Assembly (NCBI GenBank): GCA_051530055.1
Contig: CM121341.1
Coordinates: 4,008,784 to 4,072,783, forward strand
Direction of reading: 5' to 3'
Source: Neoechinorhynchus agilis
Lineage: Eukaryota > Animalia > Acanthocephala
DNA: 64,000 bases
Made by a program: the position numbers and the translations under genes. Positions within the stretch are counted from its first letter, which is position 1. Every line of letters begins with the position of its first letter. Positions 11,590-23,200 of this stretch are shown in pieces. The notes below the pieces were generated by a model. That model did not search any database. It saw only the letters and a list, made by a program, of their open reading frames with translations, and was not told the DNA's origin.

Positions 11590-12815
11590 AAGCGCTTTCA
11601 AGGTTGGTCTTTCCTCGTATTCATTTCAAGTTATGATATCCGAGAGAAGATTGGGCAGCATGGAAAAAGGAGCGTAAATATACGAGGATGAAATTAATTA
11701 GGATTACGAGTGTTGTGCTCGTGTGAAAAGGGAAGAAATTGTTCAGCTGGGGTTGAGAGGCGTTTTGTTTGTTTTATGAAAATAGCATCAAGGCATTCGG
11801 CGAGAAGGAGAAAGTCAGTTGCGTGAATTTTATATGCTTTTTTATGAAACATTTCAAGACGGCCGATTTGAGATTTCGATAGGTTGCAAAATACGGGATA
11901 ACCGCAGGCGAGGGAAGGTAAAATAAAAATGAAGTAAAATTTGGAGAGATCGGGTGAATGGATTCCTAAATGTCGGAGGCGTTTGAGGAGATAAATATTA
12001 AAGGTGTTGTGCTTGAGGGAAGGTGTGATGTGCGAGTGCCATTTCAAGTTTGATTGAAATTGGAGACCCAGAATTCTGAGTGGGTGGTTACTCGTAGGAT
12101 GTTATTTAGAAGCTCAGAGATGATGTGGAGTTGCAGGAGAATTAGGAGATCATTTCGATGCATTTAAAGAAATTCAGGTGGAGTTTGTGATTGGTGCCGA
12201 AATCTTTTATATGTGTGATTTCTTTAGAGGTTAAAGAAAGGGCGAGGTGGGATGGTGAATGGGCGATGAGGGTAATATCGTCGGCGTATAAGAAGAGTTT
12301 AGAGTGAGAGGAGAGAGGTTTGAGGTTGTTGAGGAAAATGTTAAAGAGAAGTGGTGACAACAGACCACCTTGGTGTACGCCTTTGGTGAGAGATATTCTG
12401 ATAGAGGAGGTAGAACGGCAGTGAATGTATTGTTTGCGATTGTGAAGATAAGATTCGAGCCAGCGGATCTGCCACAAGTTGAGACCCGGGGTCGAATGCT
12501 TTCGATAAATCAAGTTGAATGAGATGGGTGACGCGAGAGGGATTATTGTCGAGATTTCTTAGGAGTGTGTAATAAATGCAAAGTAAGACATCGGTTGCAG
12601 AAAATTTGGGCCGGAAGCCGAATTGCAGGGGCGATAACTTTTCGTTGAGAAGTGAAAGAAGGCGAGATTTAAAACATTTTTCGATGGTTTTTGAAAGAAC
12701 GGCAGGTAGAATGGAAATTGGACGGAATGATTCGGCCGAAATGGGATGCCCTTTTTTTGAACAAGGATAACTTTAGCAGTTTTAAGGCATGAGGGGTAGA
12801 AGGATAACACATTAA
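11590..12815 (-). mobile_element. Defective L2/CR1-group non-LTR retrotransposon (RT and C-terminal region), 5'-truncated
   Basis: KTAKVILVQKKG, QFGFR-equivalent, DLSKAFD, WLESYLHNRKQY, GVHQGGLLSPLLFNIF, LYADDITL, KWHSHI...LKRLRHLG are spread across frames. Confidence 0.9.
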
Positions 12816-13797
12816 TGCGTTTGATTGAAATTAATACCGCAAATTCGAATCAGTGTTGAATAGCAACAAATTTTCTAAACTAGTTCTTCAAACGCTGCTG
12901 TTCGTCCCGGATATCTTCTTGAATTAAACATCCGAGTTTAACATGAATGACAGCAAATGTTCGCATTCATTATTATTAAAATATAAATCTTCATTTATTA
13001 TAAGATTGTTTATAGAAAATCTCAGCTTGTTTCTATGAAACCAACAAAATGTTATGCCACATTTGCAAAACAACGATGAGCTCTCAGTCACGTTTAGTAT
13101 AAATATCGGGTCGTTTTTACTACGAGATCGTATTCTCGTTCACAAAAACATAGCCTCGGTTCATTGTAAGTGTTTGAATATTGAATTATTTACGTTTTAT
13201 ATGGCGGAAAAATTGAGATAATTTATTAAGTCAAATATTTCGGCACACAATCTTGTGCCTTCATCAAGGGTTTTAAGTATTTTATTCAAACTTTTTAAAA
13301 TAAAAAATACTCACAGCAGGTTCCTTTCTTAGTCCTTTGGATTCTATAAAGTTCATCAGAACGTTCATATATAACTCCTTTATATTTTACACTTCTATTT
13401 GCTCTTAAAATATGGAAGCTCCTCTTTTCCAATAAAGAGAAAATCTCTAAGATTCAAAGGTTTTCAAAAAAGGAACTTTTATACATTTCAGGGTACAACT
13501 GGTAATAATCTCCACATTTCTAAAAGTATCTGCTATCGATTAATTTTTTTAAACAAAGTATTAATTTCTCAAAAAATAAAGACCGATCGATAGTTGTTTT
13601 TCCATATTAAAATCTGCAATAGATTTAATGATTTACACTATTTAAAAACAAAGTTTCCTCCATGAAGAGCACAGGATTGTGCGGTAAATTCTTAGCTCAA
13701 CTTATTTTAGAACATCTCGACTGTTTAAAATTTCTAAACTATTCAAAACGCAAAACTAGGAATTTAATTTTATTTCAGCAAATTCCTTTTTGGTAGT

Positions 13798-14851
13798 TCA
13801 GTTTATTGATTGTCGACTGATTTCTCAACCGCACGTTATTTTTATCGATTGTTCTTTATTTAAGCAATTGAAGCGGTTGAAAAACAAATCGATTTATTTT
13901 CGAACCAATATTTCAGAGTTTTACTCCTAATTTTGGTGAAAATCAGTTTGCTCAACCGCATTTTGATCAGTTTATTGATTGTCGACTGATTTCGCGCATG
14001 TCATTTTTATCGATTGTTCTTTATTTAAGCAATTGAAGCGGTTGAAAAACAAATCGATTTAGAACCAATATTTCAGAGTTTTACTCCTAATTTTGGTGAA
14101 AATCAGTTTGCTCAACCGCATTTTGATCAGTTTATTGATTGTCGACTGATTTCTTAAGCGCATGTTATTTTTATCGATTGTTCTTTATTTAAGCAATTGA
14201 AGCGGTTGAAAAACAAATCGATTTATTTTCGAACCAATATTTCAGAGTTTTACTCCTAATTTTGGTGAAAATCAGTTTGCTCAACCGCATTTTGATCAGT
14301 TTATTGATTGTCGACTGATTTCTCAACCGCATGTTATTTTTATCGATTGTTCTTTATTTAAGCAATTGAAGCGGTTGAAAAACAAATCGATTTATTTTCG
14401 AACCAATATTTCAGAGTTTTACTCCTAATTTTGGTGAAAATCAGTTTGCTCAACCGCATTTTGATCAGTTTATTGATTGTCGACTGATTTCTCAACCGCA
14501 TGTTATTTTTATCGATTGTTCTTTATTTAAGCAATTGAAGCGGTTGAAAAACAAATCGATTTATTTTCGAACCAATATTTCAGAGTTTTACTCCTAATTT
14601 TGGTGAAAATCAGTTTGCTCAGCCGCATTTTGATCAGTTTATTGATTGTCGACTGATTTCTCAACCGCATGTTATTTTTATCGATTGTTCTTTATTCGGG
14701 CAATCGAAGCGGTTGAAAACAAATCGATTTATTTTCGGACTTTTTCAGAATACGATTTTTTCGCAGTGCATCTTTCAGAACCCTGACGAAGTCCGAAATA
14801 TTGGTTCGAAAACAAAATATATTTGTTTTCAACCGTTTCAATTGCTTAAAT
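13798..14851. repeat. 169-bp tandem array (~5.7 copies) closed by an inverted partial unit (14796-14851)
   Basis: TCAGTTTATTGATTGTCGAC at 13798, 13967, 14127, 14296, 14465, 14634. AAATATTGGTTCGAAAA...TTCAATTGCTTAAAT is a reverse-complement copy of part of the unit. Confidence 0.93.
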
Positions 14852-14988
14852 GAACTACGAAACACTCTTTTTTCCCTTTGGGTCCGACTTAAAGACGGAA
14901 ATAAAACATTGGTGAATTTAAGAAGTGAAAAGTGAAGGGGTTTAGAAAAACCCAAATAACAAATCGCACCACTCAACAATTTACTCCT

Positions 14989-15300
14989 TTAATCATCCTC
15001 CGCACCTTCCATATGAACATCTTCGACTACTTTAGCCTCTTTTTCCTCTTGATCGGCTTCTCGAACATACAGAACATTATTACATCTGATCAATAGATCG
15101 CCAAGCTTCACATTGTCTTTTAATGATCCCGGGACTCGCTCCACAGCGTGAGAAAGTTGAAAGTTCATGTATTGGTCGAACGAAACAAGAATTCCGGTGT
15201 ATTCCATTCCCCATTTAAGCCGAACTACAACCGTTTTCCCGGTTAGGGAATTCAGAAACGGCCGAGGGTTGCGAAGAACACTACGGACGTTGGATGACAT
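14989..15300 (-). CDS. SNRPF: Small nuclear ribonucleoprotein F (SmF)
   Basis: [39 protein letters not shown]...[14 protein letters not shown] contains the Sm1 and Sm2 motifs. Start taken at MSSN (15300). Confidence 0.95.
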   Translation of the reverse strand: MSSNVRSVLRNPRPFLNSLTGKTVVVRLKWGMEYTGILVSFDQYMNFQLSHAVERVPGSLKDNVKLGDLLIRCNNVLYVREADQEEKEAKVVEDVHMEGAEDD

Positions 15301-15592
15301 TACCGAGGGGCGCTGGGAAGTTAAACACGAGACTTTGGTTATCTCATTCATGATTCTTCCTGAAATTTGCACTCCAAAAAGAAATTCGAGAAACCGGTCA
15401 TCCTTTTTTAAAATTAGATTTTTTTTACGATTTGAATGGCCGTTTTTTTTGTGTCGAAGCAAAAACAGCGGACAGCCGAAAAAAATTGAAATTTGAATCT
15501 TTTGTATTTTCTTCTACTTACAACGAGGTTTCGTCTTTCGAAATTAATTTTAACCAGGACCAACCCAAACGATCTTCTCGATAATTAAAAAC

Positions 15593-16590
15593 TAGAATTT
15601 AGCGACTCTGAGTAAAGTTTATTAATAATGATTTTTAACTTCAAAATAAAGCATTAAATTAGGAATCTTTTCTGGTCTCGATCTCGTCTTTTTACTGGAA
15701 ACAACAGATTTAAAAATGGAATTTAGCGACTCTGAGTAAAGTTTATCAATAATGATTTTTAACTTCAAAATAAAGTACTAAATTAGGAATCTTTTCTGGT
15801 CTCGATCTCGTCCTTTTACCGGAAACAGCAAATTTAAAACTGGAATTTAGCGACTCTGAGTAAAGTTTATTAATAATGATTTTTAACTTCAAAATAAAGC
15901 ACTAAATTAGGAATCTTTTCTGGTCTCGATCTCGTCTTTACTGGAAACAACAAATTTAAAACTGGAATTTAGCGACTCTGAGTAAAGTTTATTAATAATG
16001 ATTTTTAACTTCAAAATAAAGCACTAAATTAGGAATCTTTTCTGGTCTCGATCTCGTCCTTTTACTGGAAACAACAAATTTAAAAATGGAATTTAGCGAC
16101 TCTGAGTAAAGTTTATTAATAATGATTTTTAACTTCAAAATAAAGCACTAAATTAGGAATCTTTTCTGGTCTCGATCTCGTCCTTTTACTGGAAACAACA
16201 AATTTAAAACTGGAATTTAGCGACTCTGAGTAAAGTTTATTAATAATGATTTTTAACTTCAAAATAAAGCACTAAATTAGGAATCTTTTCTGGTCTCGAT
16301 CTCGTCCTTTTACTGGAAACAACAAATTTAAAACTGGAATTTAGCGACTCTGAGTAAAGTTTATTAATAATGATTTTTAACTTCAAAATAAAGTACTAAA
16401 TTAGGAATCTTTTCTGGTCTCGATCTCGTCCTTTTACTGGAAACAACAAATTTAAAACTGGAATTTAGCGACTCTGAGTAAAGTTTATTAATAATGATTT
16501 TTAACTTCAAAATAAAGCACTAAATTAGGAATCTTTTCTGGTCTCGATCTCGCACTTTTACTGGAAACAACAAATTTAAAAATGGAATTT
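15593..16590. repeat. 124-bp tandem array, ~8 copies
   Basis: GAATTTAGCGACTCTGAGTAAAG recurs about every 124 bp from 15595. Confidence 0.95.
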
Positions 16591-17506
16591 ATCTCTCAAA
16601 TTCGCGTGTTTGTTAGTTTCTAGATGAATTTTTTAAAATTTGCGTTGTCGTTTTTGACAAAAGAGCTTCATATCAATATTTCGCCGTATCAAGACTCATG
16701 AGAAAAGGGATGTATTTTTGACGAAGGGATATTTTGTTTTACTTCTACATGAGATGAGGAAAAGAAAATCAATATTCTCCTCTTAGTGATCTTTTATTTA
16801 CGAAATATGCTTTTGTAAAAATGTCAAATTTCTTTATAGACAATTCTCAAATCTCAATGATAAACTTAGATTTAGCAACGAAGACAGGATTTTTATCATT
16901 TTACTCAGTTAATTTAAAGTTTGCTTTTTTTTATTTCTCTAAGGATTTTTTAAATGGAAAGACGAATTTAATAGGTTTCCCAATAATAAAGTACAAAACG
17001 TGCAATCACCACCGTCCGCAAAATTGGAGCGCTTCAATTTTTTTTAAAAATAGCCTACGAATTAACACGACAACATAAATTCTGGTTTATAAAAGCAATT
17101 TAATATTTATGTCTAAAACGAGATCACTTTTTTTGAGGAAAAATTAGATTCGCTCGTTTTGTACTCTTTCATAACTTAACTTTCCCATATCAAAAACCCT
17201 GCAAACATTTCGCTTATGTAATCTATCAAACGAAAATCGATTACGAACACTATTAAAATTGTTGAGAGTTTGTTTATGAATTTGGTAAATGGAAATATTC
17301 CGCTTTTTTAGTTGACATTTCTTATAGCACTCTCTCTGGGGAGATAATCTAGTTTTTAAATTTCTATAGCTTTTTTATAAAATTTTGTGTAAAAGCTTTT
17401 ATGTTCCTCAAACTTTTATACAATGTATTTAAAAATGAGTTATAAACTTTGGTTTTTGTCATACTTCAACAATCTTTAGTTAACAAAAAAAACCGATAAA
17501 AGTTTA

Positions 17507-17718
17507 CAGTTTCAATTAGCGATGTTTGATTTAGAAAATAGATTTATCTTGAAAATTTTCGGCTTTTTCGTTGGCCCATTTCAGTCAATTGATTGTAAGT
17601 TTTTAAATGTCTCATATATTTGAAAGTTACAATCAATTGACTGAAGAAGGCCAACGAAAAGGCCGAAGATTTTTAAGATAAATCTATTTTCTTAATCAAA
17701 CATCGCTAACTGAAACTA
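17507..17718. mobile_element. Foldback element (~95-bp arms, ~25-nt spacer, TA flanks), each arm carrying a degenerate hammerhead
   Basis: 17507-17600 is roughly 90% the reverse complement of 17626-17718. TA lies on both sides. The right arm contains CTGAAGAAGGCCAACGAAAAGGCCGAAG. Confidence 0.85.
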
Positions 17719-18546
17719 TAATAATTTCTTTTCATAAAGTTTGCAGTCGCGTTGTTTAGCTAATTTTAAAAGTATTATTAATCTTTTTATTGATTATTTC
17801 CACCATTTCGTTTCTACAATCAATTAATATCAAAAAATTATTATTTACTGATCATATGATTACCGCTTATTTTATCCACTTTCATTTGACTGCAGAAATT
17901 ATTTCACATCCTCGAACGGCTCTTAAAATTATGTAGTCGGATTTTTGACATTATTCATTATAAAAGCCGTAGTTTAACTTTTGGAAGAAACATAATTATT
18001 CAGATTTGCAAAATATATTTCATGTTATCTTGGTGCTTTTTCAAACCCGCAATCGTTTTTATTGCTACAAAAAATTTCGACTGCTCACCGTTATTTTATT
18101 ATAAGATTGTTACTATCTAAAGGAAACGATTTGTTTGTTTAAATTTCAATGTTGCACTTTCTTAATGTTTGGATTCCTCCATTGGCTCTTTTTGAATCGC
18201 TGTTTCTTCGATAAAAATAGTTAGCTACTCGGGGATCCTTTGTTGCTGTTGTGACCAACCATTTTCCAACATTAAAACCCATTGTGTCAATGGCGGGACG
18301 GATCGATGCAATTGAATTCCTCACTTTTCCGATGCCACCTCATCGTAATGCCATTGATTACTTTTTGCCGTATTTCCATAAAATTCTAATGTTGTAGACT
18401 TTATTACATTTTTGTATGCAATAGTTGGCATATAAAAATTCTCTTTTTTTACAAAACTATTTCAATCTGCGATAAGACATTGAAATTTTAGGTGTTAATA
18501 TTTTTAATTTTTCAGCACTTACACCCACCATTCTTAATTGTTTCAG

Positions 18547-18888
18547 ATGCCTCGAGCTAAACGTGGACGCGGTAAGCCTATTTTTCCGGCTGCAAGAGTC
18601 AAGAGGCTGATGCAAACGAACAAGCAAGTGGGAAAACTATCAGGAAAAGTTCCCGTAATGGTTTCGCGTGCCCTTGAGTTATTCTTGCGAGACTTTGTTA
18701 CTGATTTGTGCTCTGTTTGCTTGGATGGAGGTGCTAAGACTGTCACACCGACTCATATCAAGCAACTCGTTTATAATGAAGTACCAGACAATAGGGAAAG
18801 ACAACCGGCAACTGCGGGACAGCGAGAACATGCTAAAAAGTATGCATTCTTAAAGAAAGTTGTTGCGAGCAGGCGACTGTCAAAATGA
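18547..18888 (+). CDS. DRAP1: Negative cofactor 2 alpha (histone-fold, DRAP1-like)
   Basis: FPAARVKRLMQTNKQVGKLSGKVPVMVSRALELFLRDFV...KTVTPTHIKQ...YAFLK matches the NC2-alpha histone fold. Confidence 0.85.
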   Translation: MPRAKRGRGKPIFPAARVKRLMQTNKQVGKLSGKVPVMVSRALELFLRDFVTDLCSVCLDGGAKTVTPTHIKQLVYNEVPDNRERQPATAGQREHAKKYAFLKKVVASRRLSK

Positions 18889-20218
18889 TGCTTATTCTGT
18901 AGAGAAACGGATTTGATGCAATGTATAGAAAGCTTATGGCGCTGAACATTGTATCATTGTGCCGGGAAATCGAAATATTAAAAGTTTACACGTCGAGGTT
19001 TTAAATGGCATTTTTTTACAATTTAATAAGCTTTTTTCCGCTTATTAAATGACGAACTTTGATTTTTAATTTTTTTATTCTTGGTTTTTTTTGCTCGTTG
19101 TGTTTTTCATAAAGAAGCGACTTTTGATCACCTCACAAAGGTCATTAAGAAATAATTAAGCAAGACTTTCACAAAAAAACTCTTTGAGAAATCTAATCAT
19201 TAAGGACTTTTGGTGTCGCTAAAAGAATGTATTTTCATGTTGGTCGGATTCATATCGATATAGAACACGGATTTCCTTACTTTTATTGTGACCACCATTT
19301 TTTTAATCACTTTAGCGATCTTCTCATTTGTGGACTTTTAGTACCGATCTTTCCATCTAGATAAATTGTCTTATTTCATTTTTCACACGAAAAATCAAGC
19401 CATTTTTAAGATATTTCAATAAAAAAAGTCCAAATGTACGAATATTTATTTAAATAACGAATTTTAAAGAGTTCAAAATCGGTCATACGATCTAAACCTT
19501 TATAAAACCTCTAGACGTTTATCTATAAACCATCTTGATTTTATTATATCACCCTTGAAGATAGAGGTCATAAGATCAATATTTAAGAAGCTCGAGACAG
19601 ATAGTGATATGAATATTTCGTAGCCTTTTTCTAGCGACAGCTTATAGTAAAATTTTAGAATTGTTAATTATCCAAAGCTTTTTCTTTAAATTTTAAATTA
19701 TCGTCGTAGCTCTTTAGCATGAGAATTGGCTCTTTGATTCATTCTACAATGACATTGCTTATCCAAAAAAAATCAAAATGGTTTATGATATAACAATAGA
19801 AAAACTCGGCCGCATTTGCAACAATTTTCTCATTTTCTTATAAAAAATGTACCGTACTAACAACAAAACGGCTTGAAAGAGCAACGAAAAGTGTTTCTCA
19901 TTCATTTATATGACTTTTCATTCTACTACTTGTCTCGAGCTTTAAAAATACTTTTCCTTTTATATATAGATTAAGATCTTTGACATTGCTTCATTGAAAA
20001 AAAAGATATTTCTCACGTTCGGACGAGATAAAGATTGAAAAAAAATCCTTTGAATTCTCAATGAACATGTGAAATTTTCCGATCACGTTTTTGATATAAA
20101 AATGCAAACTGCCGTGTATGTTGTTTTTTAAAGTTAATAAATTCATTTATTAGTTTTCGATTAAGGTCTATTTAAAAAATGGGTCTCCTTTACCATACCT
20201 TTAATTGTTGTAGATTGG

Positions 20219-23200
20219 ATGGAACATTTGAAAGACGACGAGATTAAATTCAGTGATGAACCTGTCGATGTTATTCGAAAGCGTGCAATTCAAAAAGCAG
20301 AAGATATTGTTTCTTCGAAATTCAGTAAAAATCCTAGAGCTACAATCGAAAAGATAAAGCAGCTAAAAGCTAGTGCGCATAAACAAAAGGTGATTTTGGA
20401 TTTCACTTTATTTTTATTGATTTACATGCAATTTAGGCAGCAGTTGACGAACATCTAAAATCGCTCATTTACGTTCAATTAGACAACGTCCGCTCGGCTA
20501 TAGATCAATTGCAAATCGTGAAAGAAAAACTGCATACAGTGGATACAAATGTGCTTCAGATTAACACTTCTGTCGGAAAAGCGGTTGAAATTAATCAAGG
20601 ACTCGATGATCTTCGCAAAGAATCTCAAGCATTTCGAAGATTATCTCTGGCAAGAAAAAACATTGACTATATATTTGATGTACAGGATAATGTTGCAAAA
20701 GCGAAAGCATTACTCGAAGAAGATAAATTGCTAATTGCACATAAAGTTATCCTGGATTTAGAGAGCTCCAGAAATTATTTATATTTTGAAATGTATAAAA
20801 CTGGTCGATACGAGGGCGTAAAAACGAGTCGAGAGGATGAGAAGGTTTGTCTTCTGATTTTTTTTAAAGTTGCTAACAATCCATCTATATCTCGTAGCTT
20901 TTCCAAATTTTCTTTAAAGATGTCGGGCAACTCATTGTTGATTTGCGTGGAAGGTTGAAACTTTTGCTTAGTAGATTTCTTGAGACTGGAAAACAGGCTC
21001 CAGAAAAGCTAGTATCGGCGTTTAGGATTATTGAACGTGAAGAATAGTAAGAACGAGAAGACATGTTACATACACTACTCAAAATTTAAGTCTGGACAAG
21101 TATTGGTCAACAAAAAGTACTGAAACTGGATTTGAGTTGACTGATCGACCCAGGAACTTCAAGGCATTATTCCTCACGATTCTGGACGATTTTGTTTTCC
21201 GAAGGTGATTGTTGTTTATTTAGAGATTCATATTTATTTCTAATTAGGATCGAAGCTGCTTCTGTTGAAGTTGAAAACGAAGAAAGAGGGAAAATGTGGT
21301 TGGTACGCCATTTGGAGCTTATTCGGCTTAATATGGTACACGACTTGAAAGCAATAGTGGTTAGTTAAAAAAGACTTTGAATTCAATGTTCAAAGCGTTC
21401 GTATTTTAATACAAAGTGCAAAATTCATCGTTGTTTTTGCTGTAAAAGAGTGTTTCGCTTATTCTTATAAAAATTTAAACCAACTAATTTTGAAATAAAC
21501 AACCATTCCTGAATTCCTTTTTATTAATTTACACGTTCATCGTTTCATACAGGACCTTAGTGATCGATGCTTTCCACCTTCTTACAAAATTATTCAAACA
21601 TTTGTTCGCTCATATCACGAATCACTGAGTAACCACGTGAGTTTCTCATTTCTTTTTTTTTCGCATCAATCACGTAAACGTACAGCTACAAATTGTGGTG
21701 GAATCTAATCTAAACTCAACTGAGATTTTTTCTTTGCTCCAATGGGTTAATCAATATCGGTAATATACGATGATTAAAGCTTACACTTTTTTCGACTACT
21801 TTTCACTAGTGGCAAAGAATGCTTAGGTATTCTAAAGGAACTCGGATCTAATGGTTTAGAAGAGATGGATCCTCCTCTCGGACCACTCTTAGACGAGATG
21901 CTCCTAAATAATCTCACGTCTACGTACGTTCAATCAACCGCTGACGAACTATCGTTATGGATAAAAAGATGCATCGTTCAGGAAGCAAAAGTATGCAGAA
22001 AGCTTTTTTTGTATAGTATAATTTCTTTTTAGGATTGGTATGATCAAAAGCCTCTCATCACAACAAATGAGAATTATCTTGTTTCTTATTTACCACACAC
22101 ATTTGAAGCTATGATTTCACAAAGTGTACGTTTATTGGTCTTTTTTGAGTACTTTTGGGTTCTTTGAAATTTTTTAAACGGTCAAAGATTTAATAGTCAC
22201 TAAAGTTTACAACCGCTCTCATCGTCGCTGGCCAAAATGCTGGGGCATTACCCCGCTCAGTCGCCGCGTTGGATCGTTTCCACTGGTCCTTCACGAGGGC
22301 CAGCGCCGACCTTCCCAAGGTGCGTTATAAAATCCAAAGAACGACAGCGGTTCCGAAGGAGATCCTCCAAATAGCGCCGAGAGTCGAATTGCTCTGCGAG
22401 CGTACGAAGGAACTTCCATCCCATCAGACATTATTCTTAATAAAGAATGCCCTTTTCCTTCCGAAGTTGCCGCCTTTCTTCAAACATCGATACTCCTTGA
22501 GGAAAATCGATGACAATTTAAGGAGGTGTCTCGAAGGGACACTAAAGAGAACAAAATGGTAGTTTCTGATTATCTCCCTGTATTTCGAGCATTTCCGATC
22601 CTCTGCCGCCCTCCTCCTGGACCTTTTTTGGAGTTTGCCAACGGATTCAATTATTAGACGATAATCACAAAAGTTTTAATAAATTAAAAACAAACGTTGT
22701 TTCTATTTGATTTTAACACTTCTTTTTTAAAGTTGGATGTTGCGACGACAATGGGAAGTGTGACCACAGACAAACTTCTTATGGTATCGTTGACGAAAGG
22801 AATGGAATTTAAGAATCTACTAACAGGTTTATAATATGACAGTTATTCGCCGCTTTTAAATGCCTAATAGCTGAAGTCGTCAAATATGTGGATCGATATT
22901 TTGAAAGCGTGTCTAATCGCAGTGACATGCGGGGTAATTTTACGAAGCAAATGGTACGTTTTCACTAAACTTTTTCATTGCCGAGCAGTTGGGTTTTAGG
23001 TAGCAAACGCAAACAACTGCGAAGCGTTTCCTCTCATATTGTCCATAATATCAAAGAAATTCACTTCTAATGGATCAGACAATGAAATGGATGTAGACGA
23101 CCATCATCAATACATGAAGCATTTGGCTTGGAAACCTGCTACCAAATTTGCATGTCTTGTCAAAGAGTTTACGTCCTTAGCTGAATTCTGGTTAGACTTT

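Noticed and set aside
14783-14802. CTGACGAAGTCCGAAA hammerhead-like motif
   Set aside because: There is no room for stem II.
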